64,000 bases of DNA from Spirochaetia bacterium (GCA_965203905.1 CBDBDQ010000005.1:6336001-6400000); one strand, 5' to 3'; counted from the first letter of the stretch, positions 18,875 through 29,040 are shown. The notes: a model not told the origin generated them from the sequence alone. A program made the numbers and translations.

Positions 18875-19921
18875 TCAGTCAGGGCGCGGTTCGTAGGCAT
18901 CGTCCGGACTCGCGGCTACCCGGTTGGCGGGGTCGCAGCCCCACGAGTGCGCCAGACGCTGCAGGCCCTCGGCGACCGACACCGGCGGCGCGTAACCCAG
19001 GTCGCGGCGCGCGGCGCTGATGTCGAACCAGTGGGACGAGGAGATCTCGCGCACCAGGAACCGGGTCAGCGGCGGTACCGCGTCCGGACGGAACAGACTG
19101 CAGGTTCCCTCCACCACGCCGGCGGCTGCGAGCGCCAGCCAGCGCGGCACGCGGCGGCGCACCGGCGGCGCACCCGCCAGCTGCAGCAGGCGGCCCACGA
19201 ACTGCCAGAGATCCACCGGCTCGCCCTGGGAGATGAAGTAGGCGCGGCCGGCGGGCGCGGCGCCGGGCACGAGCCGCTCCACGGCCAGCGCGTGGGCCTC
19301 GGCGGCACTGTCGATGTAGGTCACGTCGATACGGAACGGCCCGCGTCCTATCCGTACCAGCCGCCCGCGACGGGCGCGCGCGAGCAGCGCCGGTACCAGG
19401 TGCGGGTCTCCCGGGCCCCAGATCAGGTGCGGGCGCAGCGCCGTCGTGGCCAGTGCGCCGTCGTTGGCCGCCAGCACCGCCTGCTCGGCCAGCGCCTTGG
19501 TGCGCGAATAGGGAGAGTCGTAGTGGTCCGGATAGGGCACCGTCTCGTCGACGCCGCACAGGTCGGTGCCGGCGAACACCACGCTCGGTGAGCTGGCATA
19601 CACCAGCCGCTCCACCCCGTGGACCCGGCAGCCGGCGATGATCGCCTCGGTCCCGGCGACGTTGACCGCGTGGAACCGCTGCCCGGAGCCCGGCATGCCC
19701 GGTATCAGCGCTGCCGCGTGCACCACCGCACCGCAACCTGCGCAGGCCGCGGCGGTGGCACGCGGATCGGTCAGGTCGCCGCGCACCGTCTCCACGCCGC
19801 GCGCCGCCAGCGCCGGGTAGTCGCCGCGTGCGTAGCTGCGCACCTGGTGGCCGCGCTGCAGCAGCCGCTCGACGATGGCGCCTCCCAGGAAGCCGCCGCC
19901 GCCGGTTACCAGGATCCTCAC
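18875..19921 (-). CDS. OleD-like / 3-beta-HSD-family reductase
   Basis: ILVTGGGGFLG..IV..L..RG..VRSYARG.YP.L, SSPSVVF, YSRTK, LRPHLIWGPGD. Confidence 0.85.
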   Translation of the reverse strand: MRILVTGGGGFLGGAIVERLLQRGHQVRSYARGDYPALAARGVETVRGDLTDPRATAAACAGCGAVVHAAALIPGMPGSGQRFHAVNVAGTEAIIAGCRVHGVERLVYASSPSVVFAGTDLCGVDETVPYPDHYDSPYSRTKALAEQAVLAANDGALATTALRPHLIWGPGDPHLVPALLARARRGRLVRIGRGPFRIDVTYIDSAAEAHALAVERLVPGAAPAGRAYFISQGEPVDLWQFVGRLLQLAGAPPVRRRVPRWLALAAAGVVEGTCSLFRPDAVPPLTRFLVREISSSHWFDISAARRDLGYAPPVSVAEGLQRLAHSWGCDPANRVAASPDDAYEPRPD

Positions 19922-20352
19922 GCGGCGCCGGGCGGGGCGGGCGACCGTACGCTGCCTGCCATCCTGCGCCAGGTGGCGAACAGGAACCAGCAGATGAGCA
20001 GGTTGGCCGGCAGGGTGACGAGCAGCGCGACGGTGCCGAATGGGGTCTTGCTGGCGGCGAACACCAGGTAGGTCCAGTCGGCGAACATCTCGCTGAGGCG
20101 GATGCCGGTGACCAGCAGCAGCCAGTGCGGGGCGCCGCGCCAGCGCGGCAGCGCCAGGATCTGCAGCACCGAGAAGGCCACCCAGATGGCGCCGGTACGG
20201 CGCAACAGCCCCTGCGGATCGAGGTAGTCGGCGTCGTGCAGGATCCGGAACCAGAGCTGTGGCAGCAGGAACGCTCCCACGGCGACAAGCAGGTCGAAGA
20301 TCACCAGCGACCACAGCACCACGTCGACCAGCCGCCCGCGCGCCGCGCTCAC
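19918..20352 (-). CDS. Small ~4-TM membrane protein
   Basis: Hydrophobic helices; GTGA overlap with the OleD-like gene. Confidence 0.65.
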   Translation of the reverse strand: MSAARGRLVDVVLWSLVIFDLLVAVGAFLLPQLWFRILHDADYLDPQGLLRRTGAIWVAFSVLQILALPRWRGAPHWLLLVTGIRLSEMFADWTYLVFAASKTPFGTVALLVTLPANLLICWFLFATWRRMAGSVRSPAPPGAA

Positions 20353-21106
20353 GGGGGTTGGGTCGGGTCGTTCGTCCGCCCTGAGCGATGTAGTTCGGTT
20401 TCCGCTACGGTCCGGCATCTGCAGCAGTATACGCCGGTTCGCGGCCTGGCAGCCCGTGGCGAAACTCCGGCTGCATTCGAGCAGCGATCCATCCCGGCTG
20501 CTTGCGTTGCTCCTCGCTCACACATGCTCTGATATGCTCGTTCGTCGCGCCTTGCCAGTCCGGGCGCCTCGCCGCTCGCTGCGACGCCGGGTTCCGCCAC
20601 AGGCTGCTGGCGGCCCCGGTACGGTGCATCTGCACCGGTCCGGCGGGAGCGTACTGCCGCACACCCAGGACTGTCCCACGCTGAACGACGTCTGCATCTC
20701 GTGTGTGAGCGAGCTGCGGTGATGGCCCCGGCGCGGCGCCTGCCAGATCGCCGCCTTCAGGGTGCGTGGCTCGTTCGCTGTACGACGTGTCCAGAAAAAG
20801 GGCGTAGCCCGCACCGGCAAACACGCCGGTCTCCGCCGATGCGTTGCTGGGCTTGTCGGCGCCGCGGTGCAGGATTCGCAGGATTCTGCGAAAGAGTGCC
20901 AAAAAAAGTACGCTGAGCACTTGACGGGTTTGGCGCTGCTCGTAACGGCCTCCTGCCGCACGTTCCAGCCCCTCCGACCCTTCGAACATCCCGCCATCCC
21001 CACCAGGCCCGTCAGCACCCCGCCTGCGCCGGCCTGCACCCTTCCCGGTGCCGGTCCGGGACTTGCCTAAACCGGATATTTATCAGCCATGTTTATATTT
21101 ACGGCC

Positions 21107-22642
21107 ATGATCACCCCCTTGACCACCGCGACCCCTACCGGCTTCGCCTCCTCGCTCTCCGGGCTCCCCGACCAGGTGCTGCTGGCGCATACCAGGTCCC
21201 TCGTCCTGCACGAGCAGGCGCTGCAGCTCGCCGTCCTCGACCACCTGCGCGAGATCCACGCCCGCCACCTCCACCTGCGCCTCGGCTTCTCCAGCCTGTT
21301 CGACTACGCCGTGCGCGAGCTGGGCTACAGCGAAGGCGCCGCCTGGCGCCGTATCAAAGCCATGCGCCTGTGCTCCGATACCGCCGGGACACGCGAGCGG
21401 CTGCAGGACGGCTCGCTCACCCTGAGCGCGGCGGCGCAGTTGCAGAACACCTTCGATCTCCTGCAGCGCACGGCGACCGCCGCCGTGGACCCCGGCTCGG
21501 CACCCGCGGCACCGGAGCTGCTCCTGCGCGGTGCAGAGACGACGCCGCAGGATGGGGCTTCGGGGACCGCGGCAGCGGCGGCAGCGCGACCGGTGCCGGC
21601 GCTGGACGCGGCGCAGCGGCAGGAGCTGGTGGCGCAGGCGAGCGGCAAGAGCACCCGCGAGGTGAAGCAGTTGTTGGCCGGGGTGGCTCCCGAGCTGGCG
21701 CGGCCGGCCGATCGCATGCGGGCGCTGGGCGAGGGCCGCTGGGAGTTGAAGGTGGTGATCGACGCCGCGTGTCAGTGCGGGATCGAGCAGCTACGGGCAC
21801 TGCTGTCGCACGTGGACCCGCACCTGACGCTGGGGCAACTGGTGGAACGGCTGGTGCAGGACGGCCTGCAGCGCTACGACCCGGGGCGGCCGCCGCGCGG
21901 GCGCAGAGGTGGTCGCCGGGAGGCAAGCACGGGCCAAGCGCCGGAGCCGAAGGCGCAGCAAGGGCCGGCGGGCGGAGGGACTTCGCCGGCGAAGCGGGAC
22001 GTGCAAGAGCAACCCGGAGGTCCGGCGCCGCCGGAGGGCACGACCGCCGGTGGCAGCACCCCGGCGCCGGCAGCGCTATCCGCGCCGCCGCCGGGGCGCG
22101 AGACTTGCCGGGGCAGCAACCCGGTGAGTGCCAAGCCGGCGGGCGCGGCGCCCGGCACCGTCGCTTCGGCGGCGAAGTCGGTGGCCGATCGTGGGTCCCG
22201 CGCCACCGTACCGACGCCACGGCCGGCGCCGCCGGCGGACCAGAGCTTGCCGACCGCGACGGCACCGGCGGATCGCGGTCGCAGCGCTCCTTCGCCAGCG
22301 AAGCAGGCAGGAGGGGCGCAACTCGATGGCCTTTCGCGGCCACAGTCAGAGGCAGCCGGCCCCTCCGGAGGCAGTGCGCAGCCGCCCCACCGGGCGCCCC
22401 GGTCCCGGTACATTCCGGTACCCGTGCGGCGCGAGGTGTGGCGCCGCGACGGCGGCTGCTGCAGTTACGTCGATCCGCACAGCGGGCGGCGCTGCGGGTC
22501 CCGCTTTCTGCTGGAGCTCGACCACGTCGTTCCCTACGCGCTCGGCGGCGGTGCGGAGCCCGCCAACTTGCGCCTCCGCTGTCGAGCCCACCACCGCTTC
22601 CGGCATCGTGAGGACGCGCCGTCGCCAGACGGGGCCACGTGA
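21107..22642 (+). CDS. HNH endonuclease with DUF222-like N-terminus and Pro/Ala-rich linker
   Basis: HL.EI..R.L.L.LG.SSLF.Y....LGYSE..A.RRI; C-terminal SRYIP..VRREVWRRDG..C....C......ELDH..P.A.GG...NLRL.C..HH. Confidence 0.85.
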   Translation: MITPLTTATPTGFASSLSGLPDQVLLAHTRSLVLHEQALQLAVLDHLREIHARHLHLRLGFSSLFDYAVRELGYSEGAAWRRIKAMRLCSDTAGTRERLQDGSLTLSAAAQLQNTFDLLQRTATAAVDPGSAPAAPELLLRGAETTPQDGASGTAAAAAARPVPALDAAQRQELVAQASGKSTREVKQLLAGVAPELARPADRMRALGEGRWELKVVIDAACQCGIEQLRALLSHVDPHLTLGQLVERLVQDGLQRYDPGRPPRGRRGGRREASTGQAPEPKAQQGPAGGGTSPAKRDVQEQPGGPAPPEGTTAGGSTPAPAALSAPPPGRETCRGSNPVSAKPAGAAPGTVASAAKSVADRGSRATVPTPRPAPPADQSLPTATAPADRGRSAPSPAKQAGGAQLDGLSRPQSEAAGPSGGSAQPPHRAPRSRYIPVPVRREVWRRDGGCCSYVDPHSGRRCGSRFLLELDHVVPYALGGGAEPANLRLRCRAHHRFRHREDAPSPDGAT

Positions 22643-22801
22643 TCGGCGCTCGCCGAGGTGCGAGTTGGGCGGTCGGGCGCGGGTCCGAGGGCAGCGGGAG
22701 CAACGACTTGCAGCCGGCGTGTCGCGTAGCGTGGGATAGTCCTGCCGCACACCGGCGCCGCGGGGGACGGTCTCGGAGCGCTGGTATAGAGTACCTGGGC
22801 T

Positions 22802-23821
22802 ATGTTCGCATGGGTATTGCACGGCCAACGTGACCTGCGCCGCGAGCGGCGCGCCGATCCGGTGCCGGCGGTGGACGAGGTACTGCTGCGGGTGGAGCGG
22901 GTCGGCATCTGCGGCAGCGACGTCCACTACTACCGCGACGGCCGGGTGGGAGCGTTCGTGCCGTCGCAGCCGTTCGTGATCGGGCACGAGGTCGCTGGCG
23001 ACGTGGTCGCAGCCGGGGCGGCCGTGGATCACCTGCGGGTCGGCGACCGGGTGGCGGTGGACCCGTCGCAGGCGTGCCGGCGCTGCACCTGGTGCCGGGA
23101 CGGGCGCAGCAACCTGTGCCCGGAGATGCGCTACTTCGGCAGTGCCGCCACCGATCCACCCACCGACGGCGCCCTGTGCGAGCTGAAGGCGGTGCCGGCC
23201 GCCAACTGCCATCGTCTCGGTGACGCGCTGAGCTATGCCAGCGGGGCATTGCTGGAGCCGCTGGCGGTGGCCTGCCACGCCGTGCTGCGCGCGGGCAGAA
23301 TGGCCGGACGCCGGGTCGCGGTGAGCGGGGGCGGCACCATCGGTCAGCTCGTGGCGACCGTGGCACGCGCCCTCGGCGCCGGCCACGTGGCCGTGGCCGA
23401 CCCGCGCCCGGCGGCGCGTGCGGCGGCGGCGGCGCGCGCGGATGAAGTGCTCGATCCGGGCGGCGGCAGCACCCGGCTGGCGGACGGGCCGGCGCAGGTT
23501 ACCTTCGAAGCTGCAGGGGCGGCCGACTCGTTGCGCTGGGCGCTGGAGCACACCACGCGCGGCGGCACCGTGGTCCAGATCGGCACCCTACAGCACCAGT
23601 TCAGCGCACCGTTGAACCTGGTCATGGCCAAGGAGCTGCAGGTGCTCGGGTCGTTCCGTTTCGCCGATGGCTTCCAGGTCGGAGCGGCACTGCTGGCGGC
23701 CGGACGGATCGAGGTCGAGTCTCTGATCACCGCGGTGCTGCCGCTGGCACAGACCCCGGCGGCGCTGGAACGCGCCGCCGCCGATCCGACCGCGCTCAAG
23801 CTGCAGGTCAGCAGGAGCTGA
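22802..23821 (+). CDS. Zn-dependent sugar/polyol dehydrogenase (L-idonate/sorbitol DH-like)
   Basis: GICGSDVHY, GHE, C..C..C...NLC, EPLAV, GSFRF. Confidence 0.88.
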   Translation: MFAWVLHGQRDLRRERRADPVPAVDEVLLRVERVGICGSDVHYYRDGRVGAFVPSQPFVIGHEVAGDVVAAGAAVDHLRVGDRVAVDPSQACRRCTWCRDGRSNLCPEMRYFGSAATDPPTDGALCELKAVPAANCHRLGDALSYASGALLEPLAVACHAVLRAGRMAGRRVAVSGGGTIGQLVATVARALGAGHVAVADPRPAARAAAAARADEVLDPGGGSTRLADGPAQVTFEAAGAADSLRWALEHTTRGGTVVQIGTLQHQFSAPLNLVMAKELQVLGSFRFADGFQVGAALLAAGRIEVESLITAVLPLAQTPAALERAAADPTALKLQVSRS

Positions 23822-23896
23822 ATCCCACGCATCGCGCCGGCCCATCCCGGCAGGATGTTGCCGGCCCCCTTGGCGGGCGGTAGATTGACGCTCGAT

Positions 23897-24607
23897 ATGC
23901 GCCGTCTGGTCTCGCTCTGCACCATCGCCCTCGGCATCACTATCGCCGCAACGGCGGTGGCGGACGGCCCCTACGTCAGCGCCGCAGGGGGCGTGGCTCT
24001 GGTCCCCGGCTTCAACGACACTCCGCACGACTTGGGCAGGGGACTTGCCGCAAGTGGTACGGCCAGCGGTACCGTCACCGACGACGGGGTAGACATCAGC
24101 TTGCGCAAGGGCGATGCCGACTGGGCGTTCGACGTCGGCTTCGTCGCCGGGGGAGGCCTTGGCTACGCGTTCGGTCCGGCACGCATCGACGTCGAGTTCT
24201 CCTACCTCAGCGCCAACTTCGAATTCGCCAGTGAAGGTGATGACGGGGCGGAGACACCGAACGACAACTTTACCGCTCTGTCGTTGCTGGCCCAGGCGTG
24301 GTACGACATCGACATCGGAAGTTTCGTTACGCCCTACCTCGGCGTGGGCGCAGGCGCCACCAACCTCGCGGTGAAGCTGATCTCCGCCGACGACACCTGG
24401 TTCGACGGCGCCGGATGGGGGTTCGCCTACCAGGCGGGCGCCGGCATCGGCTTCCGAATTCTGGCGGGCTTCTCCCTCGACATCGGCTACCGGCTCTTCG
24501 GCACGCTGCAGACCGAGGTGTTCGACGACGCCGATCCCGACCTCAGCAGCGTCAGTCCCGCGGTCATGGCCCACCGCATCCAGCTCGGCCTGCGCTTCCC
24601 CACCTGA
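23897..24607 (+). CDS. Outer-membrane 8-stranded beta-barrel protein (copy 1)
   Basis: Signal peptide, GPYVS.AGG, GLGYAFG..RIDVEFSY, PYLGVGAG, FAYQAGAG, GYRLFGT. Confidence 0.85.
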   Translation: MRRLVSLCTIALGITIAATAVADGPYVSAAGGVALVPGFNDTPHDLGRGLAASGTASGTVTDDGVDISLRKGDADWAFDVGFVAGGGLGYAFGPARIDVEFSYLSANFEFASEGDDGAETPNDNFTALSLLAQAWYDIDIGSFVTPYLGVGAGATNLAVKLISADDTWFDGAGWGFAYQAGAGIGFRILAGFSLDIGYRLFGTLQTEVFDDADPDLSSVSPAVMAHRIQLGLRFPT

Positions 24608-24744
24608 GCCGCCCGCCATTCGTGTACGCGGCGGCGCGGCCTCATCCGCTCGCTGCCGACCATTGCGTCGGCACTGCCACGGCATGGCTTGTTTCCGCCC
24701 CCCTGACGCACTATATTGCAGACTCGAATCGACCCAAGTGAGGC

Positions 24745-25482
24745 ATGTACATGCGTTCTAGCGCCGTTCTTCTTTCTCTCGTGCTGCTGGCCGCTTCCGC
24801 GGTAGCCGCCTTTTCCCAGAGCCCCATGATGATGGAGAGCTCCGGCGTCTACGTGAACCTCGGTGGCGGCCTGGCCATCCTGCCCGGCACGACGGACACT
24901 CCGCACGACAATCTCCCTGACACCCCAAAGGGCAACATGCCCATGGACTCAAATGAAGCGAGCTGGGACTTCGATCTCGGGTTCGGTATCGACGGTGCGC
25001 TGGGCTACGACTTTGGCAGCTTTCGTACCGACCTCGAGTTCACCTTTCTGTCCTCCAAGGCAGTCTTCGATGTGGACCCGGACGATCGCCGCGAAGACGA
25101 CGTGGATGCCGACGACACGCTCACCATCCTGGCGCTGACGGCCAACGCGTGGTACGACCTCTATACCGGCACCGCGTGGACGCCGTACATCGGGATCGGG
25201 ATCGGAGGCACCAATCTCTCGGTGCAGCTCTCCGAGGGTACGGATGACGACGACCTGTACTTTGACGGCACCGGCTGGGGCTTCGCCTACCAGGCCGGCG
25301 TCGGCGTCGCCTTCGAGGTGCTGAGCGGGTTTTCCCTCACGGCTGGCTATCAGTTCTTCGGAACCCTGGAAACCGAGGTAAGGGACGACGCTGGGACCTC
25401 TGACGATGAGGACGACGACTACACCGTGGCTCCGACCCTCATGGCTCACGGAATCCAACTCGGAATGCGCTTCCTGTTTTAG
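24745..25482 (+). CDS. Outer-membrane 8-stranded beta-barrel protein (copy 2)
   Basis: Same strand motifs, Asp-rich loops, C-terminal Phe. Confidence 0.85.
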   Translation: MYMRSSAVLLSLVLLAASAVAAFSQSPMMMESSGVYVNLGGGLAILPGTTDTPHDNLPDTPKGNMPMDSNEASWDFDLGFGIDGALGYDFGSFRTDLEFTFLSSKAVFDVDPDDRREDDVDADDTLTILALTANAWYDLYTGTAWTPYIGIGIGGTNLSVQLSEGTDDDDLYFDGTGWGFAYQAGVGVAFEVLSGFSLTAGYQFFGTLETEVRDDAGTSDDEDDDYTVAPTLMAHGIQLGMRFLF

Positions 25483-25508
25483 CGGGACAACGGCACCGCT
25501 ATCCACCG

Positions 25509-26510
25509 CTATCCGCGGCAGGCTACGACCGGCAGATCCTTCATCGCATAGAGACCGGGCGCCGCGGCGACCACCGCCGGGGCGCTGTTGACCACGATCG
25601 CCGCGGTGGCCACGTCCCCCGGCGTGCCCCCTGGAATGGTCACTTCCAGGTTCGGCGTACCCGTCAGCGTCACCGTATCGAATGAGCGCGGCGCGCCGAC
25701 GTAGGCCTGGAACTCCAGTTCCACCGCCACGCGGCCGGCGCAGGTGGCGACGGCGACCTGCTTCAGGCCGGCTACCGTTCCCACCGGCACCGTAGCGTAG
25801 TCGCTGCGCACCTCGTGGTCGAGCAGCACCGGATCGAGCGTCACGCTGATCTCATCCAGCTCCCAGCCGAGTCCCGCCGCCAGCAGCGCCGCCGACTCCT
25901 CCAGGCCGACGTGCCCGAAGCCGCCACCGGCCGCCGCGGCGGCGAACTCCTGCGGCGACAGCCCGGCCCCGATCTTGCGCTGAAACGGAATCCGGCGGGT
26001 GGATGCATCCTGAATCCGCGTCACCCGCACCGCGCGCAGATCGGCACACAGGGTCGACATGAACAGCGGCCAGGTATCCATCAGGAAGCCCGGATTGACC
26101 CCGGTGCCGAGTATCGAGACGCCGTGGCGACATGCCAGCTCATGCAGCCGGGCCGCCGACCCGGGGTCGCGGTACGCGGGAAAGGCCAGCTCCTCGCAGG
26201 TGGATACCACGTTCGCCCCCGCCGCCGCGATCATCGCCAACTGGTCGAATACGTCGCCAACGCGCGAGCCGGTGGTATGGAACACCACCTGCGGCTGCAG
26301 CTCACGGAGCGCGGCAGCGGCATCGGCGTGCACCACCGCTTCGAGGCGACCACCCACCTGTGCCACCTCGCCCAGGTCGCGCCCCGCGACAGCGGGGTCG
26401 ATGTCGATGCCCCCCAACACCGTCAACTCCGGCCGCTGCGTCGCCAGCCGCGCGATGCTGCAACCGATGGGGCCACAGCCGAATTGCACTACGCCAATCG
26501 TTCCACCCAT
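25509..26510 (-). CDS. Dihydrodipicolinate reductase-like / 2,4-diaminopentanoate dehydrogenase family
   Basis: QFGCGPIG, NVVSTCEEL, GTGVNPGFLMD, GHVGL.ES, PGDVATAA. Confidence 0.8.
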   Translation of the reverse strand: MGGTIGVVQFGCGPIGCSIARLATQRPELTVLGGIDIDPAVAGRDLGEVAQVGGRLEAVVHADAAAALRELQPQVVFHTTGSRVGDVFDQLAMIAAAGANVVSTCEELAFPAYRDPGSAARLHELACRHGVSILGTGVNPGFLMDTWPLFMSTLCADLRAVRVTRIQDASTRRIPFQRKIGAGLSPQEFAAAAAGGGFGHVGLEESAALLAAGLGWELDEISVTLDPVLLDHEVRSDYATVPVGTVAGLKQVAVATCAGRVAVELEFQAYVGAPRSFDTVTLTGTPNLEVTIPGGTPGDVATAAIVVNSAPAVVAAAPGLYAMKDLPVVACRG

Positions 26511-26603
26511 GGGCCGGCAGCATACCAGTCTCCGCACGCGCGTTGAACAGGCAACGACCGGCGCCGTACTATGCCGGGCACCGGTATGAGGCCGCCCGTC
26601 GCA

Positions 26604-27962
26604 ATGCGCGCACCCACCACTTCCGCGGCGGCCACCCGGCTCGCCCTCCACGGCGGTCCGAGGGCGGTCACCCTGGAGCCGGACGACCTGTTCGCCTGGC
26701 CGATCGTGGACCAGGAGATCGAGGACGCGGTGCTGGCCGTGCTGCGCCGCGGCGCCATGTCGGGCCTCGACCAGACCGTGGAATTCGAGAAAGAGTTCGC
26801 CGCCTGGCAGGGGCGCCGCTACGCGCTGGCCCATAACACCGGCACCAACGCCATTCAAGCGGCGATGTGGGCCTGCGGCGTGCGCGTCGGCGACGAAGTG
26901 ATCTGCCCCAGCATCACCTACTGGGCCTCCGCCCTGCCCGCGTTCGGGCTCGGCGCCTCCCCGGTGTTCGCGGAGATCGACCCCACTACCCTGTGCCTGG
27001 ATCCGGCCGATCTGGAGCATCGCATCACCGGTCGCACCAGGGCCCTGGTGGTGGTTCACTACTGTGGTCATCCGGCGGAGCTGGAGCCGATCATGGAGCT
27101 CGCCCGCCACCACCGCCTCAAGGTGATCGAGGACGTGTCGCACGCCCACGGCGGCCTCTACCGCGACCGCAAGGTGGGCAACTTCGGCGCCGTGGCCGCC
27201 ATGTCGCTGATGAGCGGCAAGTCGCTCGCCATCGGCGAGGGCGGCATGCTCGTTACCGACGACCGCGAGATCTACGAGCGCGCCCTCGGCTGGGGCCACT
27301 ACGCGCGTTTCCACGGCCCGGTAGCGAGTGCCGAGCTGCAGCCGCTCCTGGGGCTGCCGATCGGCGGCTACAAGAACCGCATGCACCAGCTCAGCAGCGC
27401 CGTCGGCCGCGTCCAGCTGCCGCGCTACGACACCCAGGCCGCCGAGATCCGCCGCGCCATGAACTACTTCTGGGACCTGCTGGAGGGCGTGCCCGGCATC
27501 CGCCCGCACCGCGTGGCCGAGGCCGCCGGCAACAGCATGGGCGGCTGGTACGCGGCCCACGGACGGTACGTGCCGGAGGAGCTGGGTGGTCTCTCGGTAA
27601 CCGCGTTCGCCGCGGCGTTGCGCGCCGAGGGCAGTCAGTGCGGGCCCGGCACCAACCCGCCGCTGCACCTGCATCCGTTGTTCAACGATTACGACATCTA
27701 CGGCCACGGCACCCCGACCCGCATCGCCCACAGCGAGCGCGACCTGCGCCAGCCGCGTGGCAGCCTGCCGGTCAGCGAGGGAATCGGCGCGCGTGCCTAC
27801 TCGATCCCCTGGTTCAAGCACTACCGTCCGCGGATCATCGAGCAGCACGCGGCCGCCTACCGCAAGGTCGCCGCCGCCTACCGCGACCTGTTGGCCGACG
27901 ACCCCGGCAACCCGGAGACCCTCGGAGCGTGGGGCTTCTCCAGCGACCCGACCACGCGCTAG
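26604..27962 (+). CDS. DegT/DnrJ/EryC1/StrS PLP aminotransferase
   Basis: NTGT.A, GDEVICP, VHYCG.PA, IEDVSHAHG, SLMSGKSL..GEGG. Confidence 0.9.
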   Translation: MRAPTTSAAATRLALHGGPRAVTLEPDDLFAWPIVDQEIEDAVLAVLRRGAMSGLDQTVEFEKEFAAWQGRRYALAHNTGTNAIQAAMWACGVRVGDEVICPSITYWASALPAFGLGASPVFAEIDPTTLCLDPADLEHRITGRTRALVVVHYCGHPAELEPIMELARHHRLKVIEDVSHAHGGLYRDRKVGNFGAVAAMSLMSGKSLAIGEGGMLVTDDREIYERALGWGHYARFHGPVASAELQPLLGLPIGGYKNRMHQLSSAVGRVQLPRYDTQAAEIRRAMNYFWDLLEGVPGIRPHRVAEAAGNSMGGWYAAHGRYVPEELGGLSVTAFAAALRAEGSQCGPGTNPPLHLHPLFNDYDIYGHGTPTRIAHSERDLRQPRGSLPVSEGIGARAYSIPWFKHYRPRIIEQHAAAYRKVAAAYRDLLADDPGNPETLGAWGFSSDPTTR

Positions 27963-27981
27963 CGCCGCAAGGAGGAATGGA

Positions 27982-29040
27982 ATGAGCATCGGTTTCGGCA
28001 TCGTCGGCCTGGGGATGATCGCGGACTTCCACGCCCGCGCGCTGCACGCGGCAACCGGCGCCGAGCTGGTGGCGTGCGCTTCGCGCAGCGCCGCCAAGGC
28101 GCAGGAGTTCGCCGCCGGGCACGGCTGCGCCGGCTATCACGACCTGCAGCAGTTTCTGCGGCACCCGGGGCTGGAGGTGGTGTCGATCGCCACCCCGTCA
28201 GGGGCCCACCTGGAGCCCGCCCTGGCCGCCATCGAAGCGGGCAAGCACCTGATCGTGGAGAAGCCGCTGGAGGTAACGGCCGAGCGCTGCGCCCGCCTGC
28301 TGGAGGCGGCGGCGCGCCGCGGCGTGGTGGTGGCCGGCATCTTCCCGTCGCGCTTTCTGGAGGTATCACGGCTGATCAAGCAGGCGATCGACGGCGGCCG
28401 GCTGGGACGGATCGTGCTCGGCGACGCCTACATCAAGTGGTACCGCACGCAGCAGTACTACGACGAAGGCGGCTGGCACGGCACCCGCCGGCTCGATGGC
28501 GGCGGTGCATTGATGAATCAGTCGATCCACGCCATCGACCTGCTGCAGTGGTTCATGGGGCCGGTGCAGCGGGTGCTGAGCGCCAGCGCCACCCTGGGAC
28601 ACCGCGACATCGAGGTGGAGGACACCGCCGCCGCCGTGGTGCAGTTCGCCAACGGCGCCCTGGGCACGATCGAGGGCAGCACCGCGGCCTACCCCGGGTT
28701 TCCCAAGCGGGTCGAGATCTACGGCACCGCCGGCAGCGTGGCCTCGGTGCAGGATCGGCTGGAGACCTGGACCTTCGCCGAGGAGCGGGCGGAGGACGCC
28801 GCCATCCGCGCCGAGTGGGGCCAGGTCGAAGCCAGTGGCGGCGGCGCCTCCAACCCGGCCGACATCGGCATCGAGGGCCACCAGGCGCAGTTCGAGGACC
28901 TGGTGCAGGCCCTGGACGGGGGCCGTGCACCCGCCATCGACGGTGCCGAGGCCTGCAAGGCGGTGCACCTTATCCTGGCGATCTACGAGAGCGCGGCGCG
29001 CGGCCAGCCGGTGGAACCGGCGCCGGTCGGCTCCGGCTGA
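27982..29040 (+). CDS. Gfo/Idh/MocA oxidoreductase
   Basis: GIVGLGMI, EKPL, GGGALMNQSIHAID; GGAGG RBS. Confidence 0.92.
   Translation: MSIGFGIVGLGMIADFHARALHAATGAELVACASRSAAKAQEFAAGHGCAGYHDLQQFLRHPGLEVVSIATPSGAHLEPALAAIEAGKHLIVEKPLEVTAERCARLLEAAARRGVVVAGIFPSRFLEVSRLIKQAIDGGRLGRIVLGDAYIKWYRTQQYYDEGGWHGTRRLDGGGALMNQSIHAIDLLQWFMGPVQRVLSASATLGHRDIEVEDTAAAVVQFANGALGTIEGSTAAYPGFPKRVEIYGTAGSVASVQDRLETWTFAEERAEDAAIRAEWGQVEASGGGASNPADIGIEGHQAQFEDLVQALDGGRAPAIDGAEACKAVHLILAIYESAARGQPVEPAPVGSG

Noticed and set aside
25509-28097. Apparent long fusion ORFs (also 28074-30845, 30925-33447, 45732-47525, 59050-61434)
   Set aside because: 5' extensions overlap other real genes; starts were trimmed using RBS and stop-start overlaps.
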